DNA of 62,540 bases from Snowella sp. (GTDB taxonomy: Bacteria > Cyanobacteriota > Cyanobacteriia > Cyanobacteriales > Microcystaceae), in contig JAYKGY010000005.1 of NCBI GenBank assembly GCA_035285545.1, forward strand, positions 1-62,540, given 5' to 3'. The number at the start of each line of letters is the position of its first letter. Positions within the stretch are counted from its first letter, which is position 1. Of this stretch, positions 52,601 to 60,232 are shown in pieces. Below the pieces are notes generated by a model that was not told the origin of the DNA, searched no databases, and was given only the letters and a program-made list of their open reading frames with translations. The translations under genes were made by a program, and so were the position numbers.

Positions 52601-53403
52601 CGGCGAATTAAATATTGCTCCATCAATTGTTGAACGTCTAGGAGGGATTGTTCGGGACTAATGGTAAAAACGGGCGTGCTCATGATGGATTCGGCAAGAT
52701 AATTTTCCAAATCCAGCCCTAATGCTTGTAATTGAACAATATCCCGTTCAGTAATAATGCCGATGGGAATTCGCTCAGTCCTATTACCCAGATCGAGATA
52801 GTCAACGATGATAATGGAGCTAACTCGATGTTTGACCAGACGATGGGCGATCGCTAACATTGAGGTGTCACGGGATGCACAGACGACATCCTGAATCATG
52901 ACTTCTTTGGCTAATCGTAAGCGCAGCAGATCGATGGGGAGCGAAACATGGCGGAGGGTTTCATGGGTTACTAGGCCAACCAACCGCTTGTCCTGATCTA
53001 AAACGGGTAAATGGCGAATCTGATGGTCTTGAAAAAGGTTGATTGTGGCAAATAAATCAACAAATTCTGATTCTTGGATCGCAATAATCGATGCGGTCAT
53101 GACTTCTTGTAGTGCCAGGGTATTGAGCGATCGCCGCTGAGTACACAGACAAACAATATCCCTTTCTGTCAGAATACCAAGCAATTTTTCGTTTTCAACA
53201 ATGAGGACACAACTGGAACGGGCTTCTAGGTGTAATTCTTCCAATAGGTTGATGTTGGTTTTACGGGTATTACACTGCGATCGCATCTGACTCATGGCGA
53301 TAATGGCTTCCGTCACTGTTTTCTGGGGAGACATGACCAACGGATTCCGAACAATAGCCGCCTCTAGCGATCGTGAAGTACTTGATGGATTCATGTCCAG
53401 CAT
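49624..53403 (-). CDS. Hybrid sensor histidine kinase (4 CBS, 4 PAS, HisKA, HATPase, receiver)
   Basis: CBS motifs GILTERD and GIITERD, MSHELRTPLN, NLLTNAVKF, GTGLGL; receiver AEDN, DIQMPEMDG, KP. Confidence 0.93.
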   Translation of the reverse strand: MLDMNPSSTSRSLEAAIVRNPLVMSPQKTVTEAIIAMSQMRSQCNTRKTNINLLEELHLEARSSCVLIVENEKLLGILTERDIVCLCTQRRSLNTLALQEVMTASIIAIQESEFVDLFATINLFQDHQIRHLPVLDQDKRLVGLVTHETLRHVSLPIDLLRLRLAKEVMIQDVVCASRDTSMLAIAHRLVKHRVSSIIIVDYLDLGNRTERIPIGIITERDIVQLQALGLDLENYLAESIMSTPVFTISPEQSLLDVQQLMEQYLIRRVVVTGEQGTLLGIITQTTVLQILNPIEIYKLVNLLEQKVIALEREKLLLLENQTHDLQQQIEAQSVELRKSEDRYAKLTAEQEAQFQKLAMTLPGMLYVFVQRPDGSITFNYINSKVTKILELEVDAVLADSSLVFNLFHPDDVEGYDTAVAQSLATGEPFHHEWRMITPSGKVKWLEANSTPEIFPNSDILWFGVALDVTQRKQAELSLERLNTELEIRVAQRTAELIKANQNIQAMLDAFPDLLFYLNADGEILDYKTGNENLLYLPPSAFIGRNFQSVLPEELSQRMYQAFQQALSSGTTVSVEYVLPVREESRYFEARMIAKDRNNIIVVTRDITARKQAELEKHLLKERLEFLLERNPAVLYSCHTKPPYSPTFISPNIEGILGYSAQQVLQTESFWFERIHPDDYQQIAPSLATLGENGKRISEYRFLHQQGYYVWLRDEVRLVQDERGNPLEFIGYIINISDRKLAEENRKRQMAAIEAAIDGIGILQDGKYIYVNEAHVKMFGYEEPEELLGESWHKLYSPSEITRIEETVFPVLTRDHHWQGEMIATRKNGSRFDEGLSLTITDDGLLICVCRDISDRKEAEAQLQRTNQQLIRATRLKDEFLANMSHELRTPLNAILGMTEGLKEQVFGELNEKQHKSLNTIENSANHLLSLINDILDVAKIESGQIELESCPVAISSLCASSLAFIKQQAFKKQIQVETQIPDNLPNLILDERRIRQVLINLLTNAVKFTPEGGQITMTAALVPHTVADTQQIFLHIAITDTGIGIASENLDRLFKPFVQIDSALNRQYTGTGLGLALVKQIVELHGGQVQVTSQLGHGSCFTVELPCVASRSDYFSSNLDSVTSQMSSTAATPFPNFSPLVLLAEDNQANTAMVTDYLETKGYRLLFANNGREAIAVAQSQQPDIILMDIQMPEMDGLEAIKYIRQDPDLTQIPIIALTALAMDGDRDRCLAAGANEYLSKPVRLKQLDITIRRLLNNL

Positions 53404-53659
53404 AGGAGGTTAATTAATGATTGATACCCAAACTATTGATAAATATTGATGAATACTGTGTCGTTGATATTTTGATTCAGGCTTACTTGATTGGTCTTTT
53501 CGTGACGTTTTCATAAAACTGACAATTCTTGCTTTATAAAGTAAACCTTGGAATAGGCTCCCTAGACCCGTGAATTCCGATATGGTTATTTAGTCTGACA
53601 GCAGGGTTGAATGGGTTAATAGCACGATGTGCCAAGTTCTCCTAACGCCCTGGGGAAAC

Positions 53660-53700
53660 ACTTTAAAAGGTCTTTAAGAACTCTTTAAAAAATCTTTAAA
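53660..53700 (-). promoter_or_regulatory. Four direct repeats with 11-bp period, candidate OmpR/PhoB-type operator
   Basis: Minus strand TTTAAAGA-TTT-TTTAAAGA-GTT-CTTAAAGA-CCT-TTTAAAGT, upstream of the CBS kinase. Confidence 0.5.
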
Positions 53701-53919
53701 AATCTCAGTATTGATATATAGTATCAAAAAAACTGGTAAAAAACAAAAATCCAGAGATTAGCGGTGCTTCAGTCTATCCTAATGGGTTTTTGTCATTCGG
53801 GAATAGGGCATGAGCGATTTTAGTCCTGTCCCCCTTCTTTAAAAGTTTACAGTCCTAAGGCCTCGTTTTTTCCTATTCCCAATTCAGCGATCGCTGTTTT
53901 TTCGTTAATCCAATCAACA

Positions 53920-55011
53920 TTAAGCCAGGGTTTTGCATTGCCCCTGAAAACGGAGCAGATGATCGCATAACACCAAGGCAACCATCGCCTCAACCATCGG
54001 AACCGCACGGGGTAAAACACAGGGATCATGGCGACCTTTCGCGGCTAAGGTGGTTTCTTCACCCGCATTGCTGACCGTATTTTGTTCTTTGCCAATGGTT
54101 GCCGTAGGTTTAAAGGCTACCCGAATCAAAATATTTTCCCCGTTACTAATGCCGCCTTGGACACCGCCAGAACGGTTGGTTCGTGTCCGTAATTGGCCCG
54201 CTTCATCCAAATAAAATTCGTCGTTATGTTCACTCCCCGTTAATAAGGTTCCCTCAAATCCTGAACCAATTTCAAACCCCTTACTCGCAGGGAGAGACAT
54301 CACCGCTTTGGCTAAATCCGCTTCTAATTTATCAAAAACCGGCTCACCCAATCCTCTCGGCACTTGACGAGCGACACATTCTACAACTCCCCCGATTGAA
54401 TCCTTATTCCGTCGGATTTGATCAATTAATTCAATCATTTTTTCCGCACAAGCTGCATCAGGACAACGGACAATATTACTTTCGACTTGCTCTAGGGTCA
54501 CCGTATCAGGATTCACCGTCCCTTCTAAATCCTTAATGCGTTTGACATAGCCGATGATCTCAACCCCTGCGTATTGATAAAGTATTTTTTTCGCGATCGC
54601 GCCGGCGGCGACTCGTCCAATGGTTTCTCTCGCAGAAGAACGACCGCCCCCTTTCCAATTGCGGATACCATACTTCGCATCGTAGGTTGCATCCGCATGG
54701 GAAGGACGATACTTCACCGACATTTCATCGTAATCCTGAGAACGGGCATCCTGATTCCTTACCAAAATCGCAATGGGTGTTCCCAGGGTTTTGCCTTCAA
54801 AGACCCCTGATAAAATCTCGCAGGTATCACTTTCTTTGCGGGGCGTTGTAATTTTGCTCTGGCCAGGGCGGCGACGGTCTAATTCAACTTGAATTTCTGC
54901 TTCTGTGATTTCGACTCGTGGCGGGCATCCATCAATGACGACCCCAACCCCACCTCCGTGAGATTCGCCAAAAGTGGTTATCCGAAATAAATGCCCAAAG
55001 GTGCTGCCCAT
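53920..55011 (-). CDS. aroC: Chorismate synthase
   Basis: [31 protein letters not shown]. Confidence 0.98.
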   Translation of the reverse strand: MGSTFGHLFRITTFGESHGGGVGVVIDGCPPRVEITEAEIQVELDRRRPGQSKITTPRKESDTCEILSGVFEGKTLGTPIAILVRNQDARSQDYDEMSVKYRPSHADATYDAKYGIRNWKGGGRSSARETIGRVAAGAIAKKILYQYAGVEIIGYVKRIKDLEGTVNPDTVTLEQVESNIVRCPDAACAEKMIELIDQIRRNKDSIGGVVECVARQVPRGLGEPVFDKLEADLAKAVMSLPASKGFEIGSGFEGTLLTGSEHNDEFYLDEAGQLRTRTNRSGGVQGGISNGENILIRVAFKPTATIGKEQNTVSNAGEETTLAAKGRHDPCVLPRAVPMVEAMVALVLCDHLLRFQGQCKTLA

Positions 55012-55080
55012 AGCTTTGTTGTAGTCAACGACAAAGTTTTTATTGTATCGTAATCTGTATCATCAGTCAGATAAACCCCC

Positions 55081-56796
55081 GTGCTGAAATCGATCGCGCT
55101 ACTAGATAAAGTCTCCTATCAGTATCCCAATACCTCGGAATTTGCGCTGAAAAATATCTCCTGGGCCATTCAAGAAGGGGAATTTCTGGGAATTATCGGG
55201 CCAACGGGAGCCGGAAAAACTACCCTATGTTTAGCGCTCAATGGCATTGTGCCGCAATTTTATGGAGGGCGTTTTTTTGGCCATCTTTCCATCGCCGAAT
55301 TAGACAGCCTCAGTTATCCCGTCAGTACCCTAGCCCGCTATGTAGGAACCGTCTTTGAAGATCCGGAAACCCAATTGGTAACGACCTCGGTGGAAAATGA
55401 AATTGCCTTTGCCCTAGAAAATTTGTGTTTAGAACGGGAAGAAATTTTAGCCCGTATTCCGCGTGTTTTGGAAATGGTACGGCTAGAAGGAACGGAGAAA
55501 AAGCATCCTCAAGAATTATCCGGCGGACAAAAACAACGCTTAGCGATCGCGGCGGCTCTGGCGGTGCAACCGACTTTGTTAGTGCTGGATGAACCCACGT
55601 CTCAACTCGATCCTATTGGCTCCCAGGAAGTCTTTGCTACCGTTCGGGAATTAAATCGAGATTTAGGGATTACGGTGGTGATGGTATCCCACGCAGCCGA
55701 AGAAATGGCCGAATTTACGGATCGGTTAGTTTTACTGTCCCAAGGAGAAACGATCGCGATCGGCTCGCCTAATCAAATTTATGCAGACATCCAACAATTA
55801 ACCACTAACGATTTACGCCCTCCCCAAGTTGCCCGTACCTTTTACGATATTCAGCAACGAGGTGTAACAGTTCCCAAAATTCCGGTTACTTTACCCGACG
55901 GCTTGCAAAAATTAACCGATTTATCCCAAACTGTAACCCTCACTCCGCCTACATTATCGGCGCAACCAAATCATCCTCGTAAAAACAAGTTTCCTTTAAT
56001 TTCGGTCAAGAATTTAAAACACGTTTATGCGGATGGAACCGAGGCTTTACAGAATATTTCCTTAGAGGTCTATGAAGGGGAATATGTTTTAATCGTGGGC
56101 CAAAATGGCGCGGGGAAAAGCACCCTGGTTAAGCATTTCTTGAATTTACTCCAACCGACCCAGGGCAGCGTTAAACTCCGTGAGCAAGAGATTAAAACCC
56201 TATCTGTGAGTGATTTAGCCCGATCTATTGGTTATGTCGGCCAAAACCCTGATAATCAAATTTTTAATACAACCGTAGAAAAAGAAGTTTCCTTTGCTCT
56301 GACTAACTTGGGCTATCCCGCCAAACTCATTCAAGAACGGGTTTCTAAAAGTCTCGCGGCGATGAACTTAACCGATCCCCAGTCCCATCCTCTGTCTTTA
56401 CCCAAAGGCGATCGCGCCCGAATCGTGATTGCAGCCATTTTAGCCATGCAACCTGACATCATCATTTTCGATGAGCCGACCACAGGACAGGATTTTCAAG
56501 GAGCCAGTTCGATTCTGGACGTAACCCGTCAATTACACCAACTCGGCAAAACAGTAATCGTCATTACCCACCATTTATATCTCATGCCCGATTATGCAGA
56601 ACGGGTGATTGTCATGGGTCAAGGAACGGTTTTATTAGATGCCCCGATACGGCAGGCCTACCACCAAACCGAGTTACTACAATCCACCTATCTGACCCCA
56701 CCCCAAACGGTGTTACTCGCCCAAGAACTCAGCCATCTTCAAAATGAATCCTATCCCGTTTTAACACCGCAAGAATTAGCCCATTGTTTCAGTTAA
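55081..56796 (+). CDS. ECF transporter ATPase with duplicated ABC domains
   Basis: Two Walker A motifs (GPTGAGKT, GQNGAGKS), LSGGQKQR, two DEPT motifs. Confidence 0.9.
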   Translation: MLKSIALLDKVSYQYPNTSEFALKNISWAIQEGEFLGIIGPTGAGKTTLCLALNGIVPQFYGGRFFGHLSIAELDSLSYPVSTLARYVGTVFEDPETQLVTTSVENEIAFALENLCLEREEILARIPRVLEMVRLEGTEKKHPQELSGGQKQRLAIAAALAVQPTLLVLDEPTSQLDPIGSQEVFATVRELNRDLGITVVMVSHAAEEMAEFTDRLVLLSQGETIAIGSPNQIYADIQQLTTNDLRPPQVARTFYDIQQRGVTVPKIPVTLPDGLQKLTDLSQTVTLTPPTLSAQPNHPRKNKFPLISVKNLKHVYADGTEALQNISLEVYEGEYVLIVGQNGAGKSTLVKHFLNLLQPTQGSVKLREQEIKTLSVSDLARSIGYVGQNPDNQIFNTTVEKEVSFALTNLGYPAKLIQERVSKSLAAMNLTDPQSHPLSLPKGDRARIVIAAILAMQPDIIIFDEPTTGQDFQGASSILDVTRQLHQLGKTVIVITHHLYLMPDYAERVIVMGQGTVLLDAPIRQAYHQTELLQSTYLTPPQTVLLAQELSHLQNESYPVLTPQELAHCFS

Positions 56797-56836
56797 TTTA
56801 GCTTAAAAACGTTATTAAAATTCAGCAATCACGGCA

Positions 56837-57685
56837 ATGATGAAATTCCAGACGGTTAATCGTAATTCGATCTTTACTCGCTTAGATTTTCGCACTAAAT
56901 TAGTCATGATTATTGTCATTACAACCATTGCCTTTACTTGGGAAAGTCCCATTGCCGGGGGTTGTTTAACTCTCGCGATCGCGTTGGCTTGCCTGTTAGC
57001 GGGAGTCAAATTAAATTATTTAGGAAGCATTATTAAAGTGATGATTCCATTTTATTTATTTCTCTTAATTACAATGGGATTTTTTAATGTGGCTCAGGTT
57101 AAATCTTTAATGGGAAAAGAAATATTAACGCCCTTGTTTGTTTTACCGTCTAATTGGTGGTTAATTGGCGGAGCAACGATGAGTCAGGAGGGGACATTAT
57201 ATGGCTTAAATATTATTTTTAAAACTTTAACGATGGTGTTGGTGATTCCCTTAGGAATTTTTACCACCAATATTGATCAAATGGTCGTAGGAATGGTTCG
57301 GGCTAAAATACCTTATAAAATTGTATTTATTTTTTCCTCAACCCTGCGATTTCTCCCCCTATTACTCGAAGAAATTCAATCTATTATTGAGGCTCAACGG
57401 TTACGGGGATTAGCCATTGAAAAAATGAACTGGTTAAGGCGGGGTAAGGTTTATGCAACGATTGCAGTTCCTTTAATTTTAAATGCGATGACCAAATCCC
57501 AAAAACTGGAAGTGGTTTTACAATCCAAAGCCTTTTCCGGCAGTTCTCAACGCACCTACCTCCATGAGTCTTTATTAACACCACTTGATTACGGTGCGAT
57601 CGCGTTTTTTATAATTTTATTTATCGTGGCGACGGTGGCTTATTTTGCCTTTGGGATTGGTAAATTTAATTGGTTACTGGGTTAA
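56837..57685 (+). CDS. ECF transporter transmembrane T component (EcfT/CbiQ family)
   Basis: LDFRTK, LRFLP, EAQRLRG motifs. Confidence 0.9.
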   Translation: MMKFQTVNRNSIFTRLDFRTKLVMIIVITTIAFTWESPIAGGCLTLAIALACLLAGVKLNYLGSIIKVMIPFYLFLLITMGFFNVAQVKSLMGKEILTPLFVLPSNWWLIGGATMSQEGTLYGLNIIFKTLTMVLVIPLGIFTTNIDQMVVGMVRAKIPYKIVFIFSSTLRFLPLLLEEIQSIIEAQRLRGLAIEKMNWLRRGKVYATIAVPLILNAMTKSQKLEVVLQSKAFSGSSQRTYLHESLLTPLDYGAIAFFIILFIVATVAYFAFGIGKFNWLLG

Positions 57686-57693
57686 TCAAAGGA

Positions 57694-59112
57694 TCAAGTA
57701 AATTTGTTGAAAACTCGTTGAATAAAAAAGGGAATAATTTTAAATTGATTTTGCAATAGTTGGGTTAAGGTGACAGGATCTTCGGGAGGAATCATCCCTG
57801 ATTGGTATTGCAGCATCATTAAGATATTCCAGAAAATAAAGAAACTTGTGATACTAACCGCCCATTTTTTCCATTTTCTAGTTGCTTGATAATCCCAGAA
57901 AGCCGCTAAGCCTAAGATAAAAATTAAAGTACAATTGGCAAACATTCTTCCGCCCATACTCGCCCCCTGCCACCAACACCACCAAGCACTAATTAAATAA
58001 ACTTGCAGCACAAAAGCAATCAATAAAATGCTGATTAATCGAGGTGATTTTTTAAAGGTTAAACCTAAACCAATCGTGCCTAAAAAGACCAAGGGATGCC
58101 AAGTAAATAAACCGCGATATCCTGAAAAAAGAACGTTAAAAATCTCAGGTTTGAACCAATGGAAACTTCCTCCATAACCCCGTGCTTTTCCTTCTTCTAA
58201 ATAGGGAATTTTATCTAATCCGCCATATTGCCAAATATAAATTAAAATCTGGGGTAATTGCATTAATAAAGTTACTAGAAAAATAATCGCGATCGCTTGT
58301 AAATAGTTTTTATTGAATAAAGCTTTAAATTTGATATGTTTTAATAAGTTTTTCGGTGTTGAATCTAAGTTTTCTTCAATTCCTAACCAACCCATTAAAA
58401 CAGGCACAATCATAAATAAAATATCCTGGGGACGAACCAACGCTGCTAGCCCTAAAACCATGCCTAATAATACCTGCGATCGCCAACTTTTTTGCCAAGA
58501 ATTTGTAATACAAAGGTAGAGAAATAAGGAGATTAAAAATTGAGAAACTGCATGGGACATGGATACCTCAATTAAAAGGTAATAAGTCAAAGGTGAGGCA
58601 AACCAAATTCCCCCGACCGCGATCGCTGCTGCTGTTTTACTGAAAAAACGAATTGCGGTACGATAACTCAACCATAATCCCGCAACACCAAATCCGATAC
58701 TGCCCAAACAATAGAATAATTCATAGGGCCAACTTAAACCGTTGACTTCGACAGGAACACCGAGCGCACTTAAAACTAACGCCACAAAATGACCAATGGC
58801 AAAAAACGGTAAGAGAATTAATCCTAAGCCCAGAGTATATTTACTATATTCAACGGCAGGCCCGCTAGAACGAACGGCTCCCCCTAACCAGGACGCAGAT
58901 TTGGAATAAAATTCATGTTCATTAATGACTTTTAAATTGCCATCAAATAGCAGCGATCGCATCGGCGCGTAATACCCAATTCCATCCCCGAAAACGCCAA
59001 ATCCTGTCAAACAAAACTTAATTAAGAAAATAATTAAAGTAACAATAATTCCTACAATAAATAGGCGTTTTATATCCTGATCGTTAAGCTGTGTTAATTT
59101 TAAATTTACCAT
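57694..59112 (-). CDS. Multi-TM GT-C-fold glycosyltransferase (family 39/PMT-like)
   Basis: DGIGYYAPMRSLLFDG, GLAALVRPQ, GLFTWHP, WWQGASMGGR; many TM segments. Confidence 0.7.
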   Translation of the reverse strand: MVNLKLTQLNDQDIKRLFIVGIIVTLIIFLIKFCLTGFGVFGDGIGYYAPMRSLLFDGNLKVINEHEFYSKSASWLGGAVRSSGPAVEYSKYTLGLGLILLPFFAIGHFVALVLSALGVPVEVNGLSWPYELFYCLGSIGFGVAGLWLSYRTAIRFFSKTAAAIAVGGIWFASPLTYYLLIEVSMSHAVSQFLISLFLYLCITNSWQKSWRSQVLLGMVLGLAALVRPQDILFMIVPVLMGWLGIEENLDSTPKNLLKHIKFKALFNKNYLQAIAIIFLVTLLMQLPQILIYIWQYGGLDKIPYLEEGKARGYGGSFHWFKPEIFNVLFSGYRGLFTWHPLVFLGTIGLGLTFKKSPRLISILLIAFVLQVYLISAWWCWWQGASMGGRMFANCTLIFILGLAAFWDYQATRKWKKWAVSITSFFIFWNILMMLQYQSGMIPPEDPVTLTQLLQNQFKIIPFFIQRVFNKFT

Positions 59113-59201
59113 GTAGTCGTCGATCTAATAGGCTATGCAGTATATTTGTTGTATTATAATTTTGCTAAAGAGCAAGCCACAAACATTAGAAGATTATAAA
59201 T

Positions 59202-59444
59202 TCAAGTACAAACTAATTCAGGCTCAGTAATAAGCCGTAGAAGTTTAACAGATTCAACCGTTTCCATTGCAAAAGTGTTACCTTGTTGATCAGTAAAATC
59301 AATTAAAAAAGCTTCGTGATCGAAGGACATTAAAACAGTTCCCATTTGCCCACGACGCAATAAAATTGGCTGATGAGTTGTTTTATGGGTAGTCATGACA
59401 TCTTCAGTTAGGGCAACTAAATCGTATTCTTGAATAGTAGTCAT
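59202..59444 (-). CDS. DUF4926 family protein
   Basis: EYDLVALTED, LRRGQMGTV, AFLIDF.D..G.TFA. Confidence 0.8.
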   Translation of the reverse strand: MTTIQEYDLVALTEDVMTTHKTTHQPILLRRGQMGTVLMSFDHEAFLIDFTDQQGNTFAMETVESVKLLRLITEPELVCT

Positions 59445-59450
59445 AGTTAG

Positions 59451-59783
59451 TTAATCGATGGGGTAAGTATTTGTAAGACGAGGAAAGTTTTCGGTATTTC
59501 TGATAATCCAACAGCTTAAAATGCGAGATTTTCCAAGTTCGGTTTGCAATGTAAATACGAGATCATAATGAGTGCCATATTGATCAGTTTTATAAAGTTG
59601 GGCTTCGCCTTCTATTGCCACTTTTTTTAGGGCATTTTCTAGAATATTTTTGTTGGTTAGGGTGATTCCTAGTCGTTTTTCAAAAAGACGGGCTTTATGT
59701 TTTCCTTTTGAATGTTCAGGATTAAGGCAATAGCGTTCAAGTTTGTCTCCTAAAAGGGCTTGATCACCGTTAGTAAGTTTCAT
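59451..59783 (-). CDS. DUF6883-like putative toxin
   Basis: KLERYCLNPEHSKGKHKARLF...LG, QYGTHY, WII....PRLT. Confidence 0.72.
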   Translation of the reverse strand: MKLTNGDQALLGDKLERYCLNPEHSKGKHKARLFEKRLGITLTNKNILENALKKVAIEGEAQLYKTDQYGTHYDLVFTLQTELGKSRILSCWIIRNTENFPRLTNTYPID

Positions 59784-59801
59784 TTTATGAGACTGCTTTT
59801 C

Positions 59802-59933
59802 CTAAGTTGGTTTTAATTTTGATTGAAATTTAATAAAGGCAATAAAATCTAAAATTTGTTTTAACTGTTCATCATTAAGACGATCTAGTTCTTGTTTAAG
59901 GGTTTCTTTGGTGTCTTTGGTGACTGTTTGCAT
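59802..59933 (-). CDS. 43-aa DUF2281-like small protein (absent from the ORF track)
   Basis: MQTVTKDTKETLKQELDRLNDEQLKQILDFIAFIKFQSKLKPT* with AAGGA RBS; same strand and 18 nt upstream of the DUF6883-like gene. Confidence 0.6.
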   Translation of the reverse strand: MQTVTKDTKETLKQELDRLNDEQLKQILDFIAFIKFQSKLKPT

Positions 59934-59947
59934 AATTTTTTCCTTTT

Positions 59948-60127
59948 AAACTTGAATATTTAAGGTTTAGAGTTGTTGGTTGATCCAATTGGTGGCGATC
60001 GCGTCTCCTCATTTCAATTTTAATCAAAGTGATCGCCCTTTAAACCTTAACTCTAAATCAAAAGCGCGATCGCATCCCCTCATTCCAACTTGAACAAACG
60101 CGATCGCCTTGAGCAATATTCAAGTTT
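59948..60127. repeat. 180-bp element with perfect 13-bp inverted ends and four regularly spaced HIP1(-like) sites
   Basis: AAACTTGAATATT (59948-59960) and AATATTCAAGTTT (60115-60127); HIP1 at 59995, 60066, 60100 and variant GTGATCGC at 60029. Confidence 0.6.
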
Positions 60128-60232
60128 TCTTTCAATAAGCTGAACAACATGAGCCGCGATCATACTAGGATATTCGGTAACTTGTTATAATTTAGTTTTT
60201 TGTCAACTTTAAAATGAGTATTTAAGAATAAA

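Larger units (their letters stand above)
78..60107. repeat. Dispersed HIP1 octamer GCGATCGC (dozens of copies)
   Basis: Seen at 78, 3254, 9549, 59995, 60066, 60100 and many other positions. Hallmark of cyanobacterial genomes. Confidence 0.95.

Noticed and set aside
59995..60107. CRISPR array
   Set aside because: The repeat is only the 8-bp HIP1, the spacers resemble each other, and there are no cas genes.
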